A stretch of DNA of 61,647 bases from Paraphysomonas bandaiensis. Its lineage: Eukaryota; Protista; Chrysophyceae. The notes below the pieces were generated by a model that did no database searches, was not told where the DNA came from, and saw only the letters and a program-made list of their open reading frames with translations. Position numbers and translations under genes: made by a program. The stretch lies in the NCBI GenBank assembly GCA_965644295.1, contig CBFFRP010000669.1, positions 1-61,647 on the forward strand, written 5' to 3'. Shown here in pieces: positions 1-10,589 of the stretch; positions within the stretch are counted from its first letter, which is position 1; every line of letters begins with the position of its first letter.

Positions 1-3000
1 TTTGAATTACTTAAAAAACACTACTTTTTACCCGCTAAGCTACAGGTTGACTTAGCTACACAAGAAAAACACTACTTAAAACAATTACATTAAAAGCAAA
101 CAACACCACAAACTTTTTAATCTTTCTAAAAGCTAAAATTATAAAACAATTTATACACCTGCGTAATTATGACTATTCCCATCAAAAAAATTAAAGTACA
201 AAACATATGACACACACACCAATAGCATACTATAGTTGTTCCATAAAACAAAATTCAAAATCACCCAATATTGCTACTTTTCAAAAAATGGAAAAATAAA
301 ATAATTTTTGTTTCAACGAAATAATTTTGACAAAACCGAAATTATCCAATATTGCTATTCTTCAAAAAATGCAAAAAGAAAATAACTTTTGTTTCAGCAA
401 AGCATTTTGAAAAAACCGAAATTTACTTTTCAACAAAAGATCTACGAAAGCTAGTTAGCAATTAACTACGGAATAAAAACTAGCGTTAACAACACGAAGG
501 TTGCAGGATAAAATGTCTTAGTCGATCAAACTAGTACAAAACCGACCGACCAAACTTTTTATTGTATTCCACAAGAATTTATTGGTAACATTATTCATTA
601 TTATTATAATTGAAATGTACATTATCACACATTAGAAATTATCTAGTATTTACTTTTTGAATTACTTTAAAAACACTGCTTTTTACCCGCTAAGCTACAG
701 GTTGACTTGGCTACACAAGAAAAACACTACTTAAAACAACTACATTAAAAGCAAACAACACCACAAACTTTTTAATCTTTCTAAAAGCTAAAATTATAAA
801 ACAATTTATACATTTGCGTAATTATGAATGACTATTCTCATCAAAAAAATTAAAGTACAAAACTTATGACACACACACCAATAGCATACTATAGCTGTTC
901 CATAAAACAAAATCAAAATTCAAAATCACCCAATATTGCTGCTTTTCAAAAAATGCAAAAAGAAAATAATTTTGACAAAACCGAAATTATCCAATATTTC
1001 GATTTTTCAAAAAATGGAAAAAGAAAATAACTTTTGTTTCAGCAAAGCATTTTGAAAAAACCGAAATTTACTTTTCAACAAAAGACCTACGAAAGCTAGT
1101 TAGCAATTAACTTACAGAATAAAAACTAGCGTTAACAACACGAAGGTTGCAGGATAAAATATCTTAATCGATCAAACTAGTACAAAACCGACCGGCCAAA
1201 CTTTTTATTGTATTCCACAAGAATTTATTGGTAACATTATTATTGTAATTGAAATGTACATTAACACACATTAGAAATTATCTAGTATTTACTTTTTGAA
1301 TTACTTTAAAAACACTGCTTTTTACCCGCTAAGCTACAGGTTGACTTGGCTACACAAGAAAAACACTACTTAAAACAACTACATTAAAAGCAAACAACAC
1401 CACAAACTTTTTAATCTTTCTAAAAGCTAAAATTATAAAACAATTTATACATTTGCGTAATTATGACTATTCTCCCATCAAAAAAATTAAAGTACAAAAC
1501 TTATGACACACGCCAATAGCATACTATAGCTGTTCCATAAAACAAAATCAAAATTCAAAATCACCCAATATTGCTGCTTTTCAAAAAATGGAAAAAGAAA
1601 ATAATTTTGACAAAACCGAAATTATCCAATATTGCTATTTTTCAAAAAATGCAAAAAGAAAATAACTTTTGTTTCCGCAAAGCATTTTGAAAAAACCGAA
1701 ATTTACTTTTCAACAAAAGATCTACGAAAGCTAGTTAGCAATTAACTACAGAATGAAAACTAGCGTTAACAACACGAAGGTTGCAGGATAAAATATCTTA
1801 ATCAATCAAACTAGTACAAAACCGACCGGCCAAACTTTTTATTGTATTCCACAAAAATTTATTGGTAACATTATTATTATAATTGAAATGTACATTAACA
1901 CACATTAGAAATTATCTAGTATTTACTTTTTGAATTACTTAAAAAACACTACTTTTTACCCGCTAAGCTACAGGTTGACTTAGCTACACAAGAAAAACAC
2001 TACTTAAAACAATTACATTAAAAGCAAACAACACCACAAACTTTTTAATCTTTCTAAAACCTAAAAGCTAAAATTATAAAACAATTTATACATTTGCGTA
2101 ATTATGACTATTCTCATCAAAAAATTAAGTACAAAACTTATAACAACACACCAATAGCATACTATAGCTGTTCCATAAAACAAAATTCAAAATCACCCAA
2201 TATTGCTACTTTTCAAAAAATGCAAAAAGAAAATAACTTTTGTTTCAGCAAAGCATTTTGAAAAAACCGAAATTTACTTTTCAACAAAAGATCTACGAAA
2301 GCTAGTTAGCAATTAACTACGGAATAAAAACTAGCGTTAACAACACGAAGGTTGCAGGATAAAATATCTTAATCAATCAAACTAGTACAAAACCGACCGG
2401 CCAAAATTTTTATTGTATTCCACAAGAATTTATTGGTATCATTATTCATTATTATTATAATTGAAATATACATTATCACACATTAAAACATTAGAAATTA
2501 TCTAGTATTTACTTTTTGAATTACTTTAAAAAACACTACTTTTTACCAACTAAGCTACAGGTTGACTTGGCTACACAAGAAAAACACTACTTAAAACAAC
2601 TATATTTAAAAGCAAGCAACACCACAAACTTTTTAATCTTTCTAAAATCTAAAAGCTAAAATTATAATAAAATTATACATTTGCCATTTGCGCAATTATC
2701 TATTCTCATCAAAAAATTAAGTACAAAACTTATAACAACACACCAATAGCATACTATAGCTGTTCCATAAAACAAAATTCAAAATCACCCAATATTGCTA
2801 CTTTTCAAAAAATAGAAAAAGAAAATAATTTTTGTTTCAACGAAATAATTTTGACAAAACCGAAATTATCCAATATTTCGATTTTTCAAAAAATGGAAAA
2901 AGAAAATAACTTTTGTTTCAACGAAACATTTTGACAAAACCAAAATTATCCAATATTGCGATTTTTCAAAAAATGCAAAAAGAAAATAACTTTTGTTTCA

Positions 3001-4700
3001 GCAAAGCATTTTGAAAAAGCCGAAATTTACTTTTCAACAAAAGATCTACGAAAGCTAGTTAGCAATTAACTACGGAATAAAAACTAGCGTTAACAACACG
3101 AAGGTTGCAGGATAAAATATCTTAATCAATCAAACTAGTACAAAACCGACCGGCCAAAATTTTTATTGTATTCCACAAAAATTTATTGGTAACATTATTA
3201 TTATAATTGAAATATACATTAACACACATTAGAAATTATCTAGTATTTACTTTTTGAATTACTTTAAAAAACACTACTTTTTACCCACTAAGCTACAGGT
3301 TGACTTGGCTAAACAAGAAAAACACTACTTAAAACAACTATATTAAAAGCAAGCAACACCACAAACTTTTTAATCTTTCTAAAACCTAAAAGCTAAAATT
3401 ATAAAAAAATTTATACATTTGCCATTTGCGCAATTATCTATTCTCATCAAAATTTAAAGTACAAAACTTATTGCACACACACCAGTAACCAATAATATAT
3501 TATAGCTTTCCATAAAACAAATTCAAAATCACCCCATATTGCTACTTTTCAAAAAATACAAAAAGAAAATAATTTTTGTTTCAACGAAATAATTTTGACA
3601 AAACCGAAATTATCCAATATTTCGATTTTTCAAAAAATGGAAAAAGAAAATAACTTTTGTTTCAACGAAACATTTTGACAAAACCAAAATTATCCAATAT
3701 TGCGATTTTTCAAAAAATGCAAAAAGAAAATAACTTTTGTTTCAGCAAAGCATTTTGAAAAAACCGAAATTTACTTTTCAACAAAAGATCTACGAAAGCT
3801 AGTTAGCAATTAACTACGGAATAAAAACTAGCGTTAACAACACGAAGGTTGCAGGATAAAATATCTTAATCAATCAAACTAGTACAAAACCGACCGGCCA
3901 AAATTTTTATTGTATTCCACAAAAATTTATTGGTAACATTATTATTATAATTGAAATATACATTAACACACATTAGAAATTATCTAGTATTTACTTTTTG
4001 AATTACTTTAAAAAACACTACTTTTTACCCACTAAGCTACAGGTTGACTTGGCTAAACAAGAAAAACACTACTTAAAACAACTATATTAAAAGCAAGCAA
4101 CACCACAAACTTTTTAATCTTTCTAAAACCTAAAAGCTAAAATTATAAAAAAATTTATACATTTGCCATTTGCGCAATTATCTATTCTCATCAAAATTTA
4201 AAGTACAAAACTTATTGCACACACACCAGTAACCAATAATATATTATAGCTTTCCATAAAACAAATTCAAAATCACCCCATATTGCTACTTTTCAAAAAA
4301 TACAAAAAGAAAATAATTTTTGTTTCAACGAAATAATTTTGACAAAACCGAAATTATCCAATATTTCGATTTTTCAAAAAATGGAAAAAGAAAATAACTT
4401 TTGTTTCAACGAAACATTTTGACAAAACCAAAATTATCCAATATTGCGATTTTTCAAAAAATGCAAAAAGAAAATAACTTTTGTTTCAACAAAACCAAAA
4501 TTACCCAATATACTGCTTTTCGACAAAAGACCTACTAAAGCCAATTATCAATTAACTGCAGAATAAAAACTAGTATTAACAACAACAAAATTACAGGATA
4601 AAATACCTTAACCCAACTTTAATGTATTACTTTCATAAGAAGAAACTCTTAATGATAGTATGGTATAATTAAAATATATGCTAAAAATGCTTGACCCTCT
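1..4700. repeat. Tandem array of ~7 long units (~586-744 bp), each carrying 1-3 copies of an ~81-bp subunit
   Basis: Anchor TTTGAATTAC recurs at ~1, 656, 1295, 1929, 2515, 3253 and 3997. The last copy decays after ~4500. Confidence 0.95.
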
Positions 4701-5033
4701 CTAGTATTTGTTTTTCAAAATACTGAAATATTGACCAAACTACTGCTTAGGTTAGGAGTAAAATTAACTTATAACCTTATTTTTATTTAACTAACTGTAA
4801 CTGCAAAAACATAAAATGCATCATGACCCTTGGAGCTAACTCATAAAACAGATCTAGAATTTAATTTTTATACATAGAATTACCTAAACCTAGGCACTTT
4901 GTATACTCTCGCGTTAAAAATAGAGAGTGTAAATAGAAAAACAAAAACTACATACTAAATATCTACAGAATTAAAAATTTTTAAAAAAAAATTAATTTTC
5001 AATTGCCAATTGAAAAAATCTAAATTAAAAAGA

Positions 5034-5860
5034 AGTGTTGCTTTGAAACAAAAGTTATTTTCTTTTTGCATTTTTTGAAAAATCGCAATACTGGATAATT
5101 TCGTTGAAACAAAAATTATTTTCTTTTTGTATTTTTTAAAAAATAGCAATATTGGATAATTTCGGTTTTGTCAAAATTATTTCGTTGAAACAAAAATTAT
5201 TTTCTTTTTGTATTTTTTGAAAAGCAGCAATATTGGATAATTTCGGTTTTGTTGAAACAAAAGTTATTTTCTTTTTGCATTTTTTGAAAAATCGCAATAT
5301 TGGATAATTTCGGTTTTGTCAAAATTATTTCGTTGAAACAAAAATTATTTTCTTTTTGTATTTTTTGAAAAATAGCAATATTGGATAATTTCGGTTTTGT
5401 CAAAATTATTTCGTTGAAACAAAAATTATTTTCTTTTTGTATTTTTTGAAAAATAGCAATATTGGATAATTTCGGTTTTGTCAAAATGTTTCGTTGAAAC
5501 AAAAGTTATTTTCTTTTTGCATTTTTTGAAAAATTGCAATATTGGATAATTTCGGTTTTGTCAAAATTATTTCGTTGAAACAAAAATTATTTTCTTTTTG
5601 TATTTTTTGAAAAATAGCAATATTGGATAATTTCGGTTTTGTCAAAATGTTTCGTTGAAACAAAAGTTATTTTCTTTTTGCATTTTTTGAAAAATTGCAA
5701 TATTGGATAATTTCGGTTTTGTCAAAATGTTTCGTTGAAACAAAAATTATTTTCTTTTTGCATTTTTTGAAAAATCGCAATATTGGATAATTTCAGTTTT
5801 GTCAAAATATTTTGTTGAAACAAAAATTATTTTCTTTTTTGAGTTTTTGAAATTTGAAGT
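5034..5860 (-). repeat. ~10 tandem copies of the ~81-bp subunit, inverted relative to the 1-4700 array
   Basis: ATTGGATAAT recurs at ~5151, 5232, 5299, 5380, 5461, 5541, 5622, 5702 and 5782. It is the reverse complement of ATTATCCAAT in the left array. The ORF track shows a 27-aa period. Confidence 0.93.
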
Positions 5861-5879
5861 TTTTCATTTTTTGAAAATT

Positions 5880-6350
5880 TGTTGTATGATCGTAGGCTCG
5901 CGTTTTTAATAAATAGTCCCCCCTACCGGGCGTCATCCCCCCTACAACCCCCCTTGTGGCATCAAATTAATCATAAAAAGTAATATTATTCACTTCTCCC
6001 CTTCTTTCCTCCTTGTATATATATATATATATATATATTCGTCGCCATGCTCGAATATATAGGGTTATTATGGTTCCAGTGATAAGTTAAGGCAACTGAT
6101 CCTCGCGAAACGTACTCGGCTCACTTGCAGAGTAAAGTGCAGCACCCTGTACTGCCAAATGCGAAGCTGTCTAGAAGAAAAAAAAAGTAGAAAAGTAAAT
6201 AGACGATATCCTGTATAATAAAAGTAAAGTATAATATCGTACCCTTCCCATCGCGGCTGGGGGTGGGAAGGATCTAGTAATAGATCCAGCCTGTAGGGGG
6301 AGGCTGGATCTATATATATTAAGAACAAAAAAAAGCCTAGGAATTTTCGC
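5880..6350. promoter_or_regulatory. Unique GC-rich hairpin island; candidate replication origin or control region
   Basis: Contains C-tracts, (TA)n and hairpins at 6203-6240, 6243-6271 and 6280-6313. The function is inferred only. Confidence 0.4.
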
Positions 6351-6354
6351 GTGA

Positions 6355-6660
6355 CTTTTTTTTCGATTTTTGGCCATTTTTTTGCATTTTTTTGCGATTT
6401 TTTGCATTTTTTTTCAAAAATTTGCGATTTTTTGCATTTTTTTGCGATTTTTTGCATTTTTTTTCAAAAATTTGCGGTTTTTTGCATTTTTTGGCGATTT
6501 TTTGCATTTTTTTTCAAAAATTTGCGGTTTTTTGCATTTTTTGCATTTTTTTTTCAAGAATTTGTGAATTTTTTTAAATTTTTTGTTTTTTTTGTAATTT
6601 TTTCGATTTTTTGTAAATTTTTGTGGTTTTATATTTTTTCTATTTTGCATTTTGCATGTT
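6355..6660 (+). repeat. Degenerate short tandem repeats (GCGATTTTTTGCATTTTTTTTCAAAAATTT-like)
   Basis: The motif is visibly repeated, and ORFs in all frames are low-complexity. Confidence 0.85.
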
Positions 6661-6832
6661 TTTAAAATACATTTATAATTTATTTAAATGTATAATATAA
6701 TAAAGTGCTATAATTTTTTTATTTTAATTAATACTAGTGTTAAAGTAGTTTTAATCTAAGTGTTATACAAGTAAGGTTCATTTAATGTAATTTTATTTTG
6801 TTCGGTTCTTGGTGTGTGTCATTAAGATATAT

Positions 6833-7149
6833 TATATATTTATATATTTATATATTTATATATTTATATATTTATATATTTATATATTTATATATTTATA
6901 TATTTATATATTTATATATTTATATATTTATATATTTATATATTTATATATTTATATATTTATATATTTATATATTTATATATTTATATATTTATATATT
7001 TATATATTTATATATTTATATATTTATATATTTATATATTTATATATTTATATATTTATATATTTATATATTTATATATTTATATATTTATATATTTATA
7101 TATTTATATATTTATATATTTATATATTTATATATTTATATATTTATAT
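6833..7149. repeat. Perfect 8-bp microsatellite (TTTATATA)n, ~39 copies
   Basis: Read directly. The ORF track shows an IFIYLYIY period. Confidence 0.97.
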
Positions 7150-10100
7150 TAAAGAAGATAATTGCCGGTTAATTTAATTAGTTTATAAAGAATGTGGTAT
7201 ATAATATAATAAATGTCTATGAGTATAGAATATAGAGAATATAGAATATTTCATTTTAATTTGTTTTGAAGTTATAAAAAGTAAATTTAAGTACTTATAA
7301 GGTCCTTGTTTATTGTGTATTTTTAGTACATTTTTTTTTAAGTATAAAAAAGTTAACTGGTTAGTGCTATATAATATTATATTTTTTGTTAATTTTCTAG
7401 GTTTTGGTATATAAAATAATAGTGTTTTGTGTTATTTTTATAATTAAGTATTATATCGCATAATATTTTTGCAATTTTATTCTATTAATTTTATGTAAGG
7501 TTGGTTTTTATTTTTTCTATATTATTTGTGCTGTTTATGTGTGTTTATTTTTTAAAAGCTTAAAAGTTTTTAGTTTTAATCCTTTGTTTTAAGAGTAAAT
7601 TTAAATATTTACAGGAGGCCCCCTGTAATTTTTTGTAAAAAAGAAGTATTTTATGGTATATTTTAAATAACGGTTAAAAAAATTTAAGAAGGAATTTTTT
7701 TGCTTTTTTTACAAAAAAAGAGTACGTGTTTTTATAGTTTATTTTAATTTATTGCGCTTTTTAAGAGTAAACCTAAATATTTATAGGGAGGTCCCTGTAA
7801 ATTTTGTATAAAAAAGGCATTTTTGATTGTATTTTTAATAAAAGTTAATTAAAAAAAAAGTAAGATTTTTTTGGTTATTTTTTCCTAAAAATGTTATTTT
7901 ATTTTTTTTTATAATTTTTATATAAAAAATTTAAATAATATACTTTTTATATTTTTTGTTAAAAATTTTATTTTGTTAGGTTCTTGGTAGGTGTTATTAA
8001 GATATATTAAAGCAAAAAAGATAATTGCTGGTTAATTAAATTAGTTTATAAAGAATGTGGTGAATATAGAATATTTCATTTTAATTTGTTTTGAAGTTAT
8101 TAAAAGTAAATTCAAGTACTTATAAGGGCCTTGTTTATTGTGTATTTGTAGTAAAAAATTTTTTTAAATAAAGAGTTTTTTTATTATTTTTCTAAGTATA
8201 AAAAAGTTAACTAGTTAGTGTTAGTGCTATATAATATTATATTTTTGTTAATTTTCTAGGTTTTGGTATATAAAAGAATAGTGTTTTGTGTTATTTTTAT
8301 AAATAAGTATTATATTACATAATATTTTTGCAATTTTATTCTATTAATTTTATTCTATTAATTTTATGTAAGGTTGGTTTTTATTTTTTCTATATTATTT
8401 GTGCTGTTTATGTGTGTTTATTTTTTAAAAGCTTAAAAGTTTTTAATTTTAATCCCTTGTTTTAAGAGTAAATTTAAATATTTACAGGAGGCCCCCTATA
8501 AAATTTTTAAAAAAGAGGACATTTTTGGTTGTATTTTTAATAAAAATTAAAAAAAAAAATTTTTAAAGTTTTTTTATTTTTTTTTTTGAAAAAAGGTATA
8601 TATTTTTTATATTTGTTTTGCTTTATTACATTTTAAGAATAAATTTAAATATTTGCAAGTCCCCCCCTGTAAAATTTATAAAAAAAGACGTTTTTGGTTA
8701 TATTTTTAATAAAAAAAATTTTTAAAAAAAGAAGGGTTTTTAGGTTGTTTTTTCCTAAAATTGTTTTTTATTTTTTTTAAAAAAAACTAGGGGGTTGTAT
8801 ATTTTTAAATAATTTTGTACATATGTATGTATGTATGTATGTATTTTTTATATATTTTTGTTTAATTTTTTATATTTTATGTTAATTTTTTTACTTGTTG
8901 TGTTATTTTTATAATTAAGTATTATATTGCATAATATTTTTGCAATTTTATTTTATTCTATTTTTTTATTTTTTATCATTTTGTAAGTTTGGTTTTTATT
9001 TTTTCTATATTATTTGTGCTATTTGGTGTTTATTTTTTTAAAGTTTAAATGCTTTTAATTTTAACCCCTTGTTTTAAGAGTAAATGTAAATATTTGTAGG
9101 CCCTCCCCTGTAAATTTTTGTAAAAAAGAGGTGTTTTAAGGTATATTTTTAATAAAACTTAAAAGATTTTTATTAAAGTTTTTTTTAAAGTTTTTTTTGA
9201 AAAAACGGTATATATTTTTTATATTTATTTTGCTTTATTATATTTTAAGAATAAATTTAAATATTTGCAGGGGGCCCCCCTGTAAAATTTATAAAAAAGG
9301 GATGTTTTTGGTTGTATTTTTAATAAAAACCAATTAAAAAAAGTAGAAGATTTTTTAGGTTATTTTTTCCTAAAATTGTTATTTTATTTTAAAAAAAAGC
9401 TGGGGGTTATATATTTTTAAATAATTTTGTACATATGTATTTATTTTTTCTATATTTTTGTTTAATTTTTTAATCGTTGTGTTATTTTTATAATTAAGTA
9501 TTATATCGCATAATATTTTTACAATTTTATTTTATTCTATTTTTCTATTTTTTATCATTTTGTAAGTTTGGTTTTTATTTTTTCTATATTATTTGTGCTA
9601 TTTACAGGTGTTTATTTTTTAAAAGCTTTTAATTTCAATCCCTTATTTTAAGGGTAAATTTAAATATTTGTAGGCCCCCTCTGTAAAATTTATAAAAAGG
9701 GGTGTGTTTGGTTGTATTTTTAATAAAAACCAATTAAAAAAAAGAAGATTTTTTAGGTTGGTTTTTCCTAAAAATATTATTTTATTTTTTTTATAATTTT
9801 TATATAAAAAATTTAAGTGATATACTTTTTATATTTTTTGTTAAAATTTTTATTTTGTGCATATTTATTTTATAAATTAGGGTGTTTTAGTTTTTTATCT
9901 TTTAGAAATATGAAAACCTGAAATATTTTATTTTAATTTATTATATTTTAAGAGTAAAATTAAATATTTGTAGGGGGCTCTCTGTAATTTTTTGGGAAAA
10001 GGAGGTATTTTATGGTGTATTTTTAATAAAATTAAAAAATTTTTTTTTTTAAGTTTTTTTTTATTTTTTTTTAAAAAAAAAGTATATATTTTTTATATTT

Positions 10101-10200
10101 GTTTTGTTTTATTATATTTTAAGAGTAAATTTAAATATTTATAGGAGGCTCCCTATAAAAAATTTAAAAAAGAGGGCATTTTTGGTTGTATTATTAATAA
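7150..10200 (+). repeat. Degenerate duplicated blocks carrying 9 GC-hairpin modules (AAGAGTAAATTTAAATAT + TTTRYAGG...CCTRTAAA)
   Basis: Block 7150-7960 resembles 8010-8780, and 8780-9400 resembles 9390-9790. Hairpins lie at ~7608, 7780, 8481, 8652, 9093, 9264, 9667, 9967 and 10138. Confidence 0.85.
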
Positions 10201-10304
10201 ATTTTAATTCTTTAACAAATTATATTTAAAAATTTTTTTTTGTATATGTTTGTTATATTTTGTGTGCTTATATAATATAAATTTTTTATCTGTCGTTAAA
10301 AATT

Positions 10305-10455
10305 TTAATAAATTTTGTTAAATTTTTAATAATTTTTGTTAAATTTTTAATAATTTTTGTTAAATTTTTAATAATTTTTGTTAAATTTTTAATAATTTTT
10401 GTTAAATTTTTAATAATTTTTGTTAAATTTTTAATAATTTTTGTTAAATTTTTCA
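10305..10455 (+). repeat. 21-bp tandem repeat (AATTTTTGTTAAATTTTTAAT), ~7 copies
   Basis: Read directly. Confidence 0.9.
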
Positions 10456-10589
10456 TTTTTTATGTTAAAAATGTTTAAAAAAGCGTAAAAAATGTATTTT
10501 TTTTAAGTTTTTTACACATATTTTTTACTTGTATTAAAAATTTTATCTTTATTGTATTTTTTAATAAAAATTTAACGTATTTTGTATAT

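Noticed and set aside
20-62. tRNA D-arm-like GTAGCTTAGCGGGTAAAAAG on the minus strand of the long unit
   Set aside because: No anticodon arm, T-arm or acceptor partner follows, so it is probably coincidental.
6096-6112. CTGATCC...GAAAC as a hammerhead ribozyme core
   Set aside because: It lacks CUGANGA and a proper stem II.
4955-7177. Short ORFs in the 81-bp array, the T-rich repeats and the microsatellite
   Set aside because: They are low-complexity translations of repeats, open in several frames and without protein motifs.
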